Origin: a virus
DNA: 64,000 bases
Direction: 5' to 3' (one strand)
Virus record (IMG/VR): IMGVR_UViG_3300045988_129218
In this document: positions 26,384 through 33,277 of the stretch, one piece after another
Layout: each line of letters starts with the position of its first letter
Position numbering within the stretch: the first letter of the stretch is position 1
Notes under the pieces: generated by a model
The model's database searches: none
Seen by the model: the letters and a program-made list of their open reading frames with translations, nothing else
What the model was told of the DNA's origin: nothing
Program-made: the position numbers and the translations under genes

Positions 26384-26405
26384 CCCTTGACACGGCGATT
26401 AGACT
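26384..26405 (+). promoter_or_regulatory. Island motif cccTTGACAcgg-N4-TAGACT followed by ACCGG (operator-like box)
   Basis: Plus-strand read, ~60 nt upstream of the 26463 ATG. Confidence 0.5.
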
Positions 26406-26462
26406 ACCGGTTGCCAAAAGGTCGGGAGCAATTGGACGGCAAGTTAGAGGAGGTGGGGCTAA

Positions 26463-26882
26463 ATGTTTCTGGTCGAGATTGCGTCGCAATACGCAGAGAG
26501 CGCCGAGAGAGTGCGGATGCAGATACAACGGCTACGGGCGGCAGATGCGCCATCCCCGTACATAGAAAATAGGCTGCGCGAGGTGTATCGCGAGCTGCGG
26601 CGTGCGGAGAAAGCCTGCCGGTCATATTACGAGAGGGGGTATTGGCTCAATGAGGAGTTCAGAGCCGACTATGCCGCGAGAAACCGTTATGGAAAACCTG
26701 TTGGGCGTACAAAGGTTTCGGGACGAGACGGCAGAGGACAACGCGGAAAGGCTTCTTCGGCTGAAAAGAAAACTGCCGGCGGCGCTGTCCAAGTTGCCGG
26801 AGAAACAGCGGATGTACTTATTGGCGTACTATTCGGAGCACCTGACAATGGAGCAGCTGGCGGAGCGGTTTGGGGTAAATAA
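26463..26882 (+). CDS. Small helical protein; only the first ~75 codons look coding, and the 3' part overlaps the next gene
   Basis: GAGGAGGTGGGG RBS. The N-terminal part is protein-like. The tail is R/G/A-rich, like an off-frame read. Confidence 0.35.
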   Translation: MFLVEIASQYAESAERVRMQIQRLRAADAPSPYIENRLREVYRELRRAEKACRSYYERGYWLNEEFRADYAARNRYGKPVGRTKVSGRDGRGQRGKASSAEKKTAGGAVQVAGETADVLIGVLFGAPDNGAAGGAVWGK

Positions 26883-26952
26883 ATCGACGGTGAGCCGAAG
26901 CATACAGCGCGGCAAGAAAAAACTGCAGGACTACCTTCAGTTCTGCCTATGA
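26671..26952 (+). CDS. Sigma-70 region-4-like HTH regulator (93 aa)
   Basis: LSKLPEKQRMYLLAYYSEHLTMEQLAERFGVNKSTVSRSIQRGKKKL. Confidence 0.65.
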   Translation: MPRETVMENLLGVQRFRDETAEDNAERLLRLKRKLPAALSKLPEKQRMYLLAYYSEHLTMEQLAERFGVNKSTVSRSIQRGKKKLQDYLQFCL

Positions 26953-28046
26953 TGGGAGTTGGAACGAGATACATGGGACGGATAAACCAGCCGCTGACGA
27001 ATGAGGCGGCACGAAAACTGATGGCGTTGGACGTGCAGGACAAGGAGATACTGACTTACGAAAAGCTGGACGAATGGTATACCGCATGGGGCGGACAGTG
27101 CTACGTCAGTTTCTCCGGCGGAAAGGACAGCACAGTGCTGGCGTATCTGGCGGCGCGGTACCTGTCGAGCTTCAGGACACCGCCGTGGGAGCTGAATCTG
27201 GTGTTTGTGAACACTGGGCTGGAATACCCTGAAACTCAGAAGTTCGTGAATGAGTACGCCGCGTGGCTGCGGAGGGAGTTTCGCCGCGTGACTGTCGATC
27301 TTGTCCGCCTGCGTCCGAAGATGAACATACGGCAGGTTGTGACGAAGTACGGGTACAGCATCATCGGTAAAGACGTAGCGCACCGGATAGAAACCGCGCG
27401 GCGTTCACCAGATAGCCGAAGTATGAAGCTATTGCGAGGGGAAGTCTTACGCGCCGATGGGGAAAAGAGTATGTACAACTGCGAAAAGTGGGGGTATTTA
27501 CTTACGGCGCCGTTTCTCATCTCCGACAGGTGCTGCGGGATTATGAAAAAGTCCCCAGCAAAGAGCTATGAGCACCGAGCGGCTGTCAAGCCCATGACGG
27601 CAACAATGGCGGAGGAAAGTCTTTTGCGGATGCAAAAATGGCGCGAAACCGGCTGCAACGCCTTTGAAGGAAGGCGTCCCTTATCTAAGCCCATGAGTTT
27701 CTGGACGGAGCAGGACGTGCTGCGGTTTATCGTGGAGTGCCAACTACCCTACGCCAGCGTGTACGGAGACATCGTAGCCAGCGACGGCGAGAACGACTAC
27801 GGCGCAACGCTGATCGACTGCAATCTGCACTGCACGGGATGCCAGAGGGGGGGCTGTATGTTCTGCGCGTTCGGTGCGCATCTCGAAAAAGGCGTCAACC
27901 GATTCCAGCGGATGAAACTGACGCACCCGAAGCACTATCAGTTCTGCATCGGCGGCGGCGCATTTGACACGGACGGGCTGTGGAAGCCCACCAAAGACGG
28001 GCTTGGTTATGCGCGGGTGCTGGACTACATCGGAGTGAGGTATTGA
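26949..28046 (+). CDS. PAPS-reductase-family (PP-loop ATPase) protein with Cys-rich C-terminal domain
   Basis: SFSGGKDS PP-loop. CNLHCTGCQRGGCMFCAFG cluster. ATGA overlap with the upstream stop. Confidence 0.8.
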   Translation: MMGVGTRYMGRINQPLTNEAARKLMALDVQDKEILTYEKLDEWYTAWGGQCYVSFSGGKDSTVLAYLAARYLSSFRTPPWELNLVFVNTGLEYPETQKFVNEYAAWLRREFRRVTVDLVRLRPKMNIRQVVTKYGYSIIGKDVAHRIETARRSPDSRSMKLLRGEVLRADGEKSMYNCEKWGYLLTAPFLISDRCCGIMKKSPAKSYEHRAAVKPMTATMAEESLLRMQKWRETGCNAFEGRRPLSKPMSFWTEQDVLRFIVECQLPYASVYGDIVASDGENDYGATLIDCNLHCTGCQRGGCMFCAFGAHLEKGVNRFQRMKLTHPKHYQFCIGGGAFDTDGLWKPTKDGLGYARVLDYIGVRY

Positions 28047-28047
28047 G

Positions 28048-28398
28048 ATGGGTGCTGGATATGCGGAGAAGAGTGCGCTTTTCAATAAAGTTCAAAAGGC
28101 ACTGAAAGCCCTCAATCTGAGGGCGAAACAGTACGGCGTTGACGAGGCTTATAACTGGTGCAAGTTCGTCCTGGGCGCGAAGCCGGGGAGCTTTACCGAG
28201 TGGCAGCAGATCGCGGCGGCGGTCTTCATGCAGACCGCACACAAGTTCCTTGATGGCCTTGCAGATGTGCGCGATATAGGCGGGGCAGAACCCCAGCCGA
28301 TATTTATGGAGTTCAAGCCGAAGGTGACATACCGGCTTGATGAATCGTATATGCAAAGGCTGATGCTGATGAGAATGATAGGAGGGCGTGATGGATAG
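28048..28398 (+). CDS. Hypothetical protein (116 aa)
   Basis: ORF packed between neighbours. Confidence 0.45.
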   Translation: MGAGYAEKSALFNKVQKALKALNLRAKQYGVDEAYNWCKFVLGAKPGSFTEWQQIAAAVFMQTAHKFLDGLADVRDIGGAEPQPIFMEFKPKVTYRLDESYMQRLMLMRMIGGRDG

Positions 28399-28981
28399 TT
28401 TACAGGCGAGCCGCATAGCGGGCGGAAACAGCGCGATTGGCAGAAGGGAGTCGGATTTTTGCCCGACGCCGCCGGAGGTAACGGTGGCGCTGCTGGATTT
28501 CCTCCGTCTGCCGGAGAACACGGTGATCTGGGAACCGGCGGTGGGCGAGGGGGATATGCTGGAGACGATCAGGGCGTGCGGGTACGGTGAGTCGTTTGGG
28601 ACGGACATATCCGAAGGATTTGACTTTTTAAGCCCGGATATATTCAAGCGGTTGTTTGTTGGCTTTGACTGGATCATCACAAACCCGCCCTTTGCGCTGG
28701 CGGAAGAATTTATCCGCAAGGCGGCGTCTTTGGGCAAGCCATTTGCATTTCTGGTGAAGTCACAGTTCTGGCACGCGAAACGCCGCTTATCTTTGTTTGA
28801 TGAGTTCGCGCCCAGTTACATTCTGCCCCTGACATGGAGGCCGGACTTCTTTTTCAAGGACGGCCACGGCGGCAGCCCATTGATGGATGTGATGTGGTGT
28901 GTTTGGCTCATGCCGCACATTAAGGGAACGCAGACGGTGTACAGACCGTTGGAACGACCGAAAGGAGAGATAGAAACATGA
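28388..28981 (+). CDS. Small N6-adenine DNA methyltransferase
   Basis: VIWEPAVGEGDML (motif I) and DWIITNPPFA (motif IV). Confidence 0.7.
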   Translation: MMDSLQASRIAGGNSAIGRRESDFCPTPPEVTVALLDFLRLPENTVIWEPAVGEGDMLETIRACGYGESFGTDISEGFDFLSPDIFKRLFVGFDWIITNPPFALAEEFIRKAASLGKPFAFLVKSQFWHAKRRLSLFDEFAPSYILPLTWRPDFFFKDGHGGSPLMDVMWCVWLMPHIKGTQTVYRPLERPKGEIET

Positions 28982-29478
28982 GCGTATGCGGAAGATGCGG
29001 AAAGAACTTTGATGCGACAACTTCCGGTTCAATTCTTTTCTGCCCGGACTGTTGCCGAGAGATTGGGTGGGGCGGTTTTCAGCGCCTTGAAATTCTTGAA
29101 AAGTCTGTTGATAAGTCAAAAGCGGCAGTGATGGGCGGTATCAAGGACAGCGGGGAGCGTACCACCTTCAGCACTGGGGCGCAGCGGGATATGCACAGCG
29201 GGAAAGGCCGCATGGATCTTCTCCCGTGGGCGGCGATCATCGAGGTAAGCAAGCACTGTGAGGCCGGCGCGCTCAAGTACGGGGTGCATAACGTCGATAA
29301 AGGGATACCCACCAGCAGTCTGCTGGACAGTGCCATGCGACACGCGGCGAAGTATCTGGACGGACAGGAGGACGAGGATCACCTGCTGGCGGCGGCGTGG
29401 AACCTGCTGTGGGCAATCGAGATGCGCTGCAAAAAGCCGGAGTGCGTAGATACGCCGTGGAAGGAGGAAAAGGCATGA
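28978..29478 (+). CDS. Zn-ribbon + DUF5664-like (dATP/dGTP diphosphohydrolase N-terminal-like) protein
   Basis: GKGRMDLLPWAAIIEVSKHCEAGALKYG...DHLLAAAWNLLWAIEM resembles the phage DUF5664 signature. Recalled from memory, not searched. Confidence 0.5.
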   Translation: MSVCGRCGKNFDATTSGSILFCPDCCREIGWGGFQRLEILEKSVDKSKAAVMGGIKDSGERTTFSTGAQRDMHSGKGRMDLLPWAAIIEVSKHCEAGALKYGVHNVDKGIPTSSLLDSAMRHAAKYLDGQEDEDHLLAAAWNLLWAIEMRCKKPECVDTPWKEEKA

Positions 29479-30038
29479 GCAAGGCCGTTATGATAAGCAT
29501 TCGACCGGGGTGGTGCGAGAAGATTGCCAGCGGCGAAAAGACCATCGAAGTCAGAAAGACCAAGCCGAAGCTGGAAGCACCGTTTAAGTGCTACATTTAT
29601 TGCACAGTGGAAAGGGCTGGGTATGATGTGCTCTGGGTTCTGGACGCTCCAACAAGAGAAAAATACTCGCTTATGGCGGCGTCTGCTTACTTAGAGAACC
29701 CAGAAGGTGCAAATAAAGGAAACGGCAAGGTCATCGGCGAGTTTATCTGCAACCGCATTTACGAGCTCGCACCGCTCAACCATGCACCAGATGATGTGGA
29801 GCAGCAAGCCTGTCTGACGCGGGAAGAGATTGTTCGGTATCTCAAGGGCGTCGGTTACGGCTGGCATATCTCCGATTTGGTGATCTACGATGAGCCGAAG
29901 ATGCTGGGCGAGTTTTCGCGCCCGTTTGAAAACTGCATAGACAAAGTGTGTGATGAATTTGGGTGCGCATCATGCGAAAATGGCGGTCATATTAAGCGCC
30001 CGCCACAAAGCTGGTGCTATGTAGAGGAGGTGGAGTGA
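29475..30038 (+). CDS. ASCH (PUA-like) domain protein
   Basis: AVMISIRPGWCEKIASGEKTIEVRKTKP is the typical ASCH N-terminus. ATGA overlap. Confidence 0.6.
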   Translation: MSKAVMISIRPGWCEKIASGEKTIEVRKTKPKLEAPFKCYIYCTVERAGYDVLWVLDAPTREKYSLMAASAYLENPEGANKGNGKVIGEFICNRIYELAPLNHAPDDVEQQACLTREEIVRYLKGVGYGWHISDLVIYDEPKMLGEFSRPFENCIDKVCDEFGCASCENGGHIKRPPQSWCYVEEVE

Positions 30039-30211
30039 TGGGGGAGCACAAGCACAATCCCACGGCTATTGCTGTGAAAAAAGGTAAATTACCACCGAAA
30101 AAGAAACCGATGGGCACAGCAGAGAGCAGGGCGTTGGTGTATACATGGATACGAGCGCACACGCTGCTGCCCATCATGGGACGCGAGACAAGGAGGAACT
30201 GCAATGGATGA
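30038..30211 (+). CDS. Hypothetical basic protein (57 aa)
   Basis: Fills the gap between overlapping neighbours. Start uncertain. Confidence 0.3.
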   Translation: MGEHKHNPTAIAVKKGKLPPKKKPMGTAESRALVYTWIRAHTLLPIMGRETRRNCNG

Positions 30212-30524
30212 ATACATAAGCCGCAAGACGGCAATCGCTTATATCCGTGAGCAATCGGAAGAATGCCAAAAAGCGTTTGAAGAGCTTGGCGGGGAAAGCG
30301 GAATCTACGCAGATGCCTATAACGATTTGGCGGAGAACTTTTACAGCATCCCCGCCGCTGATGTTGCCCCGGTGGTGCATGGGCGGTGGGTAACGCACTA
30401 CCGAAGCGGAACGCCTGTTGCCGAAGGGTATGTATCAACGTGCTGCGATATGTGGAACAACCGCAAGAGCAACTACTGCCCTAACTGCGGCGCGAAGATG
30501 GACGGAGGTGACGATCGTGCATAA
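30204..30524 (+). CDS. Hypothetical protein with C-terminal CxxC (106 aa)
   Basis: ORF in operon; ...NYCPNCGAKM. Confidence 0.45.
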   Translation: MDEYISRKTAIAYIREQSEECQKAFEELGGESGIYADAYNDLAENFYSIPAADVAPVVHGRWVTHYRSGTPVAEGYVSTCCDMWNNRKSNYCPNCGAKMDGGDDRA

Positions 30525-30843
30525 TTTGCGAAACGAACTTATGCACTATACGAATGACCTTTTAGACGGCGCGGATCTGAAAGCGGAAGCCGTTGCAGTC
30601 ATTGAGCACATTGCGCAGTACATGGAAAAAGACGTGTTGCTTAACCACAGCAGACCGCTTGCACTTGCGTATCTCGCATTGACAGAGGAGGTCGATTCTG
30701 TGCCGGTGGTGCGGTGTAAGGACTGCAAGTGGGACAGGCCGGATACTCTGCTTGACAAACATTGGTGTTCTCGCTTGTTGGGATGTATGGAAGTAAGAGC
30801 GGACGACTTCTGCTCCTACGGCGAGAGAAAGGCGGAAATGTAA
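30517..30843 (+). CDS. Hypothetical Cys-rich protein ending DDFCSYGERK
   Basis: GTG after GGAGGTGA. RCKDCKW...DDFCSYGERKAEM, with a relative in P2 near 50.7 kb. Confidence 0.4.
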   Translation: MHNLRNELMHYTNDLLDGADLKAEAVAVIEHIAQYMEKDVLLNHSRPLALAYLALTEEVDSVPVVRCKDCKWDRPDTLLDKHWCSRLLGCMEVRADDFCSYGERKAEM

Positions 30844-31259
30844 TGTCTGGCGGTTCTATGAACTATTTTTTCGCGCAGCTTGAGGAATATGCGCCATACC
30901 TGAAGGACAAGGAGCTGGTGGAGCTGGCGGAGGACATGGCGCGGCTTTTCCATGACCGGGAGTGGTACGACTCCGGGGACATCGGAGAGGGCGGCTGGAA
31001 CCGGTCCGTTGCGGAGTTCAAGAAGAAGTGGTTTACCGAACCCCGCGAGGAACGACTGGAACGGTATATCGACGAGGCCGTGTCTGATCTGAAGGTTTCT
31101 CTTGGCATTGGCAATTTCTGCAAGGACTGCGCTCTTTTTACGCCGCAGGATGACGGATACTACGGTAGATGCCCGCACCAGACAAATGTGCTGGTGCATG
31201 GCTACGAAAAGCCCTGTGGCCTGTTTGATGCGCGGAAGGTCGGTGGTGGGGACGGATAA
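30843..31259 (+). CDS. Hypothetical protein (138 aa)
   Basis: ATG overlapping the upstream stop (ATGTAATG). Confidence 0.45.
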   Translation: MSGGSMNYFFAQLEEYAPYLKDKELVELAEDMARLFHDREWYDSGDIGEGGWNRSVAEFKKKWFTEPREERLERYIDEAVSDLKVSLGIGNFCKDCALFTPQDDGYYGRCPHQTNVLVHGYEKPCGLFDARKVGGGDG

Positions 31260-31503
31260 GGCGATTTTCAAGATATGCACCGCCAAACTATGCCCCAAGT
31301 GCATAGAAGAAATGGCAGAGGAGTATATCGTGCGGCCTACCCATGACATCGCGCTGGATGCGTCAAAGGACATCTCGGAAAAGGGCTACTGTGACCGCTG
31401 CCACGAAAAGAGCGTTATGCTTCGGCGGCGCAGGTACACCATGAACGCAAAAACGCTGAAAGCGAAGGGCTACGCGGATAAGTGGCGGGAATACATGGAC
31501 TGA
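31228..31503 (+). CDS. Hypothetical Cys-rich small protein; start uncertain
   Basis: CTAKLCPKC...GYCDRCHEKS. Fills an otherwise empty slot in the operon. Confidence 0.3.
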   Translation: MRGRSVVGTDKAIFKICTAKLCPKCIEEMAEEYIVRPTHDIALDASKDISEKGYCDRCHEKSVMLRRRRYTMNAKTLKAKGYADKWREYMD

Positions 31504-31539
31504 CTGTGAGTATTCCCAAGAATATGACGAAAGGAATGT

Positions 31540-31749
31540 TTGGCGGTGAATACATACAACAGGCAGCCCCGTGGGAAATTGGAAGTTTGTCCCCACTGCG
31601 GAAGAGACAGCGGGGAGCGCAAAATCGGTATTCATGTGCCGGAACGGTACTATGTGCGCTGCGCGAGTTGTGGGTTCACCTTGTCTGGGTGGAGCCAGAG
31701 CGCCGCTACGGCAAGCTGGAACAGACTGAGCAAGAAGGTGAGGACATGA
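31540..31749 (+). CDS. Lar-family (restriction alleviation)-like zinc-finger protein
   Basis: CPHCG...VRCASCGFTL...ASWNRL follows the Lar pattern (CPFCG..v.C..C....a..aWN.R). Confidence 0.5.
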   Translation: MAVNTYNRQPRGKLEVCPHCGRDSGERKIGIHVPERYYVRCASCGFTLSGWSQSAATASWNRLSKKVRT

Positions 31750-31889
31750 AAAGCAAATGCTGTGTTGGCTGCAAATGGCACGAGGAATGGACGTGGGCGT
31801 GCTTCAACGGGGACAGCCCGTATTGCGCCGATTTTGTAAACTGCGGGTGTCCGCTGTATGAGGAGAAAGAGAAGGAGGGCGAAGAATAA
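31746..31889 (+). CDS. Cys-rich mini-protein (47 aa)
   Basis: MKSKCCVGCKWHEEWTWACFNGDSPYCADFVNCGCPLYEE, after GGTGAGGA. Confidence 0.35.
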   Translation: MKSKCCVGCKWHEEWTWACFNGDSPYCADFVNCGCPLYEEKEKEGEE

Positions 31890-32296
31890 TGGGACTTTGC
31901 GCTCGTGCGAAAGGGCTGACCGATGAGGCTGGTTTTGACTGTGGGTATCTTACATACGGCACGTTTATCCTTGAACTGATAAAGGTTGCCTATGGCGAGC
32001 AGTGCCACAACATTTTCAAGAGAAATATGCTCTGCGGTGCGCCCTTCTCTGATGCAGAAGCAGAATACTGGAACGCGCACTGCAACGACGATCTGGACAT
32101 TTTGATTTTTCATTCAGACTGCGGAGGCCAATTTACCCCGCAGGAGTGCCGCAAGATATACAACGCCATGAAGGATTTGAAGTCCGATATGATGGGGCAC
32201 AATTACCATGTGATGAAACCCTACAATATGTTTGAGCACTGGAAAGCAATATTCAAGCATTGCGCTGACCGCCGGGTGAATTTGTACTATTCGTAA
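31889..32296 (+). CDS. Hypothetical protein (135 aa)
   Basis: ORF in operon with start/stop overlap. Confidence 0.45.
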   Translation: MGLCARAKGLTDEAGFDCGYLTYGTFILELIKVAYGEQCHNIFKRNMLCGAPFSDAEAEYWNAHCNDDLDILIFHSDCGGQFTPQECRKIYNAMKDLKSDMMGHNYHVMKPYNMFEHWKAIFKHCADRRVNLYYS

Positions 32297-32310
32297 GGAG
32301 CGTTATTGCC

Positions 32311-32973
32311 ATGAGTAAAAGGGAACAAATCATCTATAACGCTATGAGCGACAACATCACACGCGCCGCCGCTCTCGGCTTATGCCCCGGACCATTCGTG
32401 GTTATGCGGTCTGAGTATCGCCGCGTGGTGCGCCGGGAACACAAGCACCTGTTGTTGGAGGCTGTACTGCTGGTTTCCCTGATCTTCGCGCTGATCGCTC
32501 CGTGGAGAACCAGCGCAGAGGACAAAGCGCCGGTAGAGGCCACGAACACCGTCCTGCGCTTAGAATGGGGACCGGCTGACAGCGCAGACAGTGACGCGGG
32601 CGATATAGCAGAAGAATCCCCGGATGAGTCCGAGCGTATACGGGAGGCGATAAAGGCCAAAAGCAACGTGCTGGAGGACTGCATTATTACCGGCTATTGT
32701 GCAGACTGCGTTGGGAAGTACGCGCACATGAACCAGGACGAGTTCGGCCGGGTGTTGACCGCCAGCGGCCAGTGGGTGTATCCGGGGATGTGTGTAGCGA
32801 CCGATCCGGACGTGATACCGACCGGCAGCACAGTCATCATCGGAGACAATACATACATAGCCTTGGACGTGGGTGTGAAGGGAAACCATGTTGACATCTT
32901 AATGACCCACGAGGAGGCGCAGACGGCGGGTGTGCGGCACGAAACTGTGTGGTGGTGTGATGAACAGGGATAA
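32311..32973 (+). CDS. 3D-domain (MltA/RlpA-like fold) cell-wall-active protein with N-terminal membrane anchor
   Basis: ITGYCADC...TASGQWVYPGMCVATDPDVIPTGSTVIIGDNTYIALDVGVKGNHVDIL. Confidence 0.65.
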   Translation: MSKREQIIYNAMSDNITRAAALGLCPGPFVVMRSEYRRVVRREHKHLLLEAVLLVSLIFALIAPWRTSAEDKAPVEATNTVLRLEWGPADSADSDAGDIAEESPDESERIREAIKAKSNVLEDCIITGYCADCVGKYAHMNQDEFGRVLTASGQWVYPGMCVATDPDVIPTGSTVIIGDNTYIALDVGVKGNHVDILMTHEEAQTAGVRHETVWWCDEQG

Positions 32974-32975
32974 AG

Positions 32976-33006
32976 AAAACCAGCTCCGACAACGGGGCTG
33001 GTTTTT
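32976..33006 (+). terminator. Rho-independent terminator ending the rightward operon
   Basis: AAAACCAGC-loop-GCTGGTTTT followed by T. Confidence 0.6.
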
Positions 33007-33012
33007 CATGCT

Positions 33013-33044
33013 GAAATTCATATCGAAATTCATATCGAAAATTA
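33013..33044. repeat. GAAATTCATATC x2 + GAAAATTA (direct-repeat copy 1)
   Basis: The 20-mer GAAATTCATATCGAAAATTA at 33025-33044 recurs at 33258-33277. Confidence 0.7.
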
Positions 33045-33143
33045 CTGATTATTTTTTGAATATGAGCTGCGTTTTTTTAGACCGCTTTGGCAAAAGATAG
33101 CGCTTCCAAAAAAACCTGAAAACCCGCATGAATACAAGAAAAA

Positions 33144-33180
33144 CCCGCAACCACAACGGTTGCGGGCATCTCTTTTTTTT
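33144..33180. terminator. Hairpin + T8 adjacent to the tRNA 3' fragment (bidirectional)
   Basis: CCCGCAACC-acaac-GGTTGCGGG, then a T-run on the plus strand and an A-run/T-run on the minus strand. Confidence 0.5.
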
Positions 33181-33206
33181 GGTCGGAGTGGGGGGACTTG
33201 AACCCC
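33180..33206 (-). other. tRNA 3'-end fragment (T arm + acceptor + CCA); candidate att core of prophage P2
   Basis: Minus strand GGGG-TTCAAGT-CCCCC-CACTCCG-A-CCA. The upstream sequence does not fold as an anticodon or D arm. Confidence 0.6.
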
Positions 33207-33257
33207 TGAAAAACGGCTTAAAAACCGCATGAATACAGAGTTTGTTTTTTGCGTATT

Positions 33258-33277
33258 GAAATTCATATCGAAAATTA
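33258..33277. repeat. GAAATTCATATCGAAAATTA (direct-repeat copy 2), overlapping the integrase stop codon
   Basis: Exact 20-nt match to 33025-33044. Confidence 0.7.

Larger units (their letters stand above)
7891..33044. mobile_element. Integrase-led accessory island X (no capsid or terminase genes seen); boundaries tentative
   Basis: Integrase at the left edge. Shared promoter/operator motifs at 10.9, 13.7, 16.0, 20.8, 22.9, 23.9 and 26.4 kb tie the block together. Phage- and plasmid-type accessory genes throughout. Confidence 0.45.

Noticed and set aside
13701-26405. Interpreting the recurrent TTGACA as an ordinary -35 box
   Set aside because: The only -10-like hexamers lie 7 nt downstream, not 16-18 nt. 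Nothing -10-like is conserved at 17 nt.
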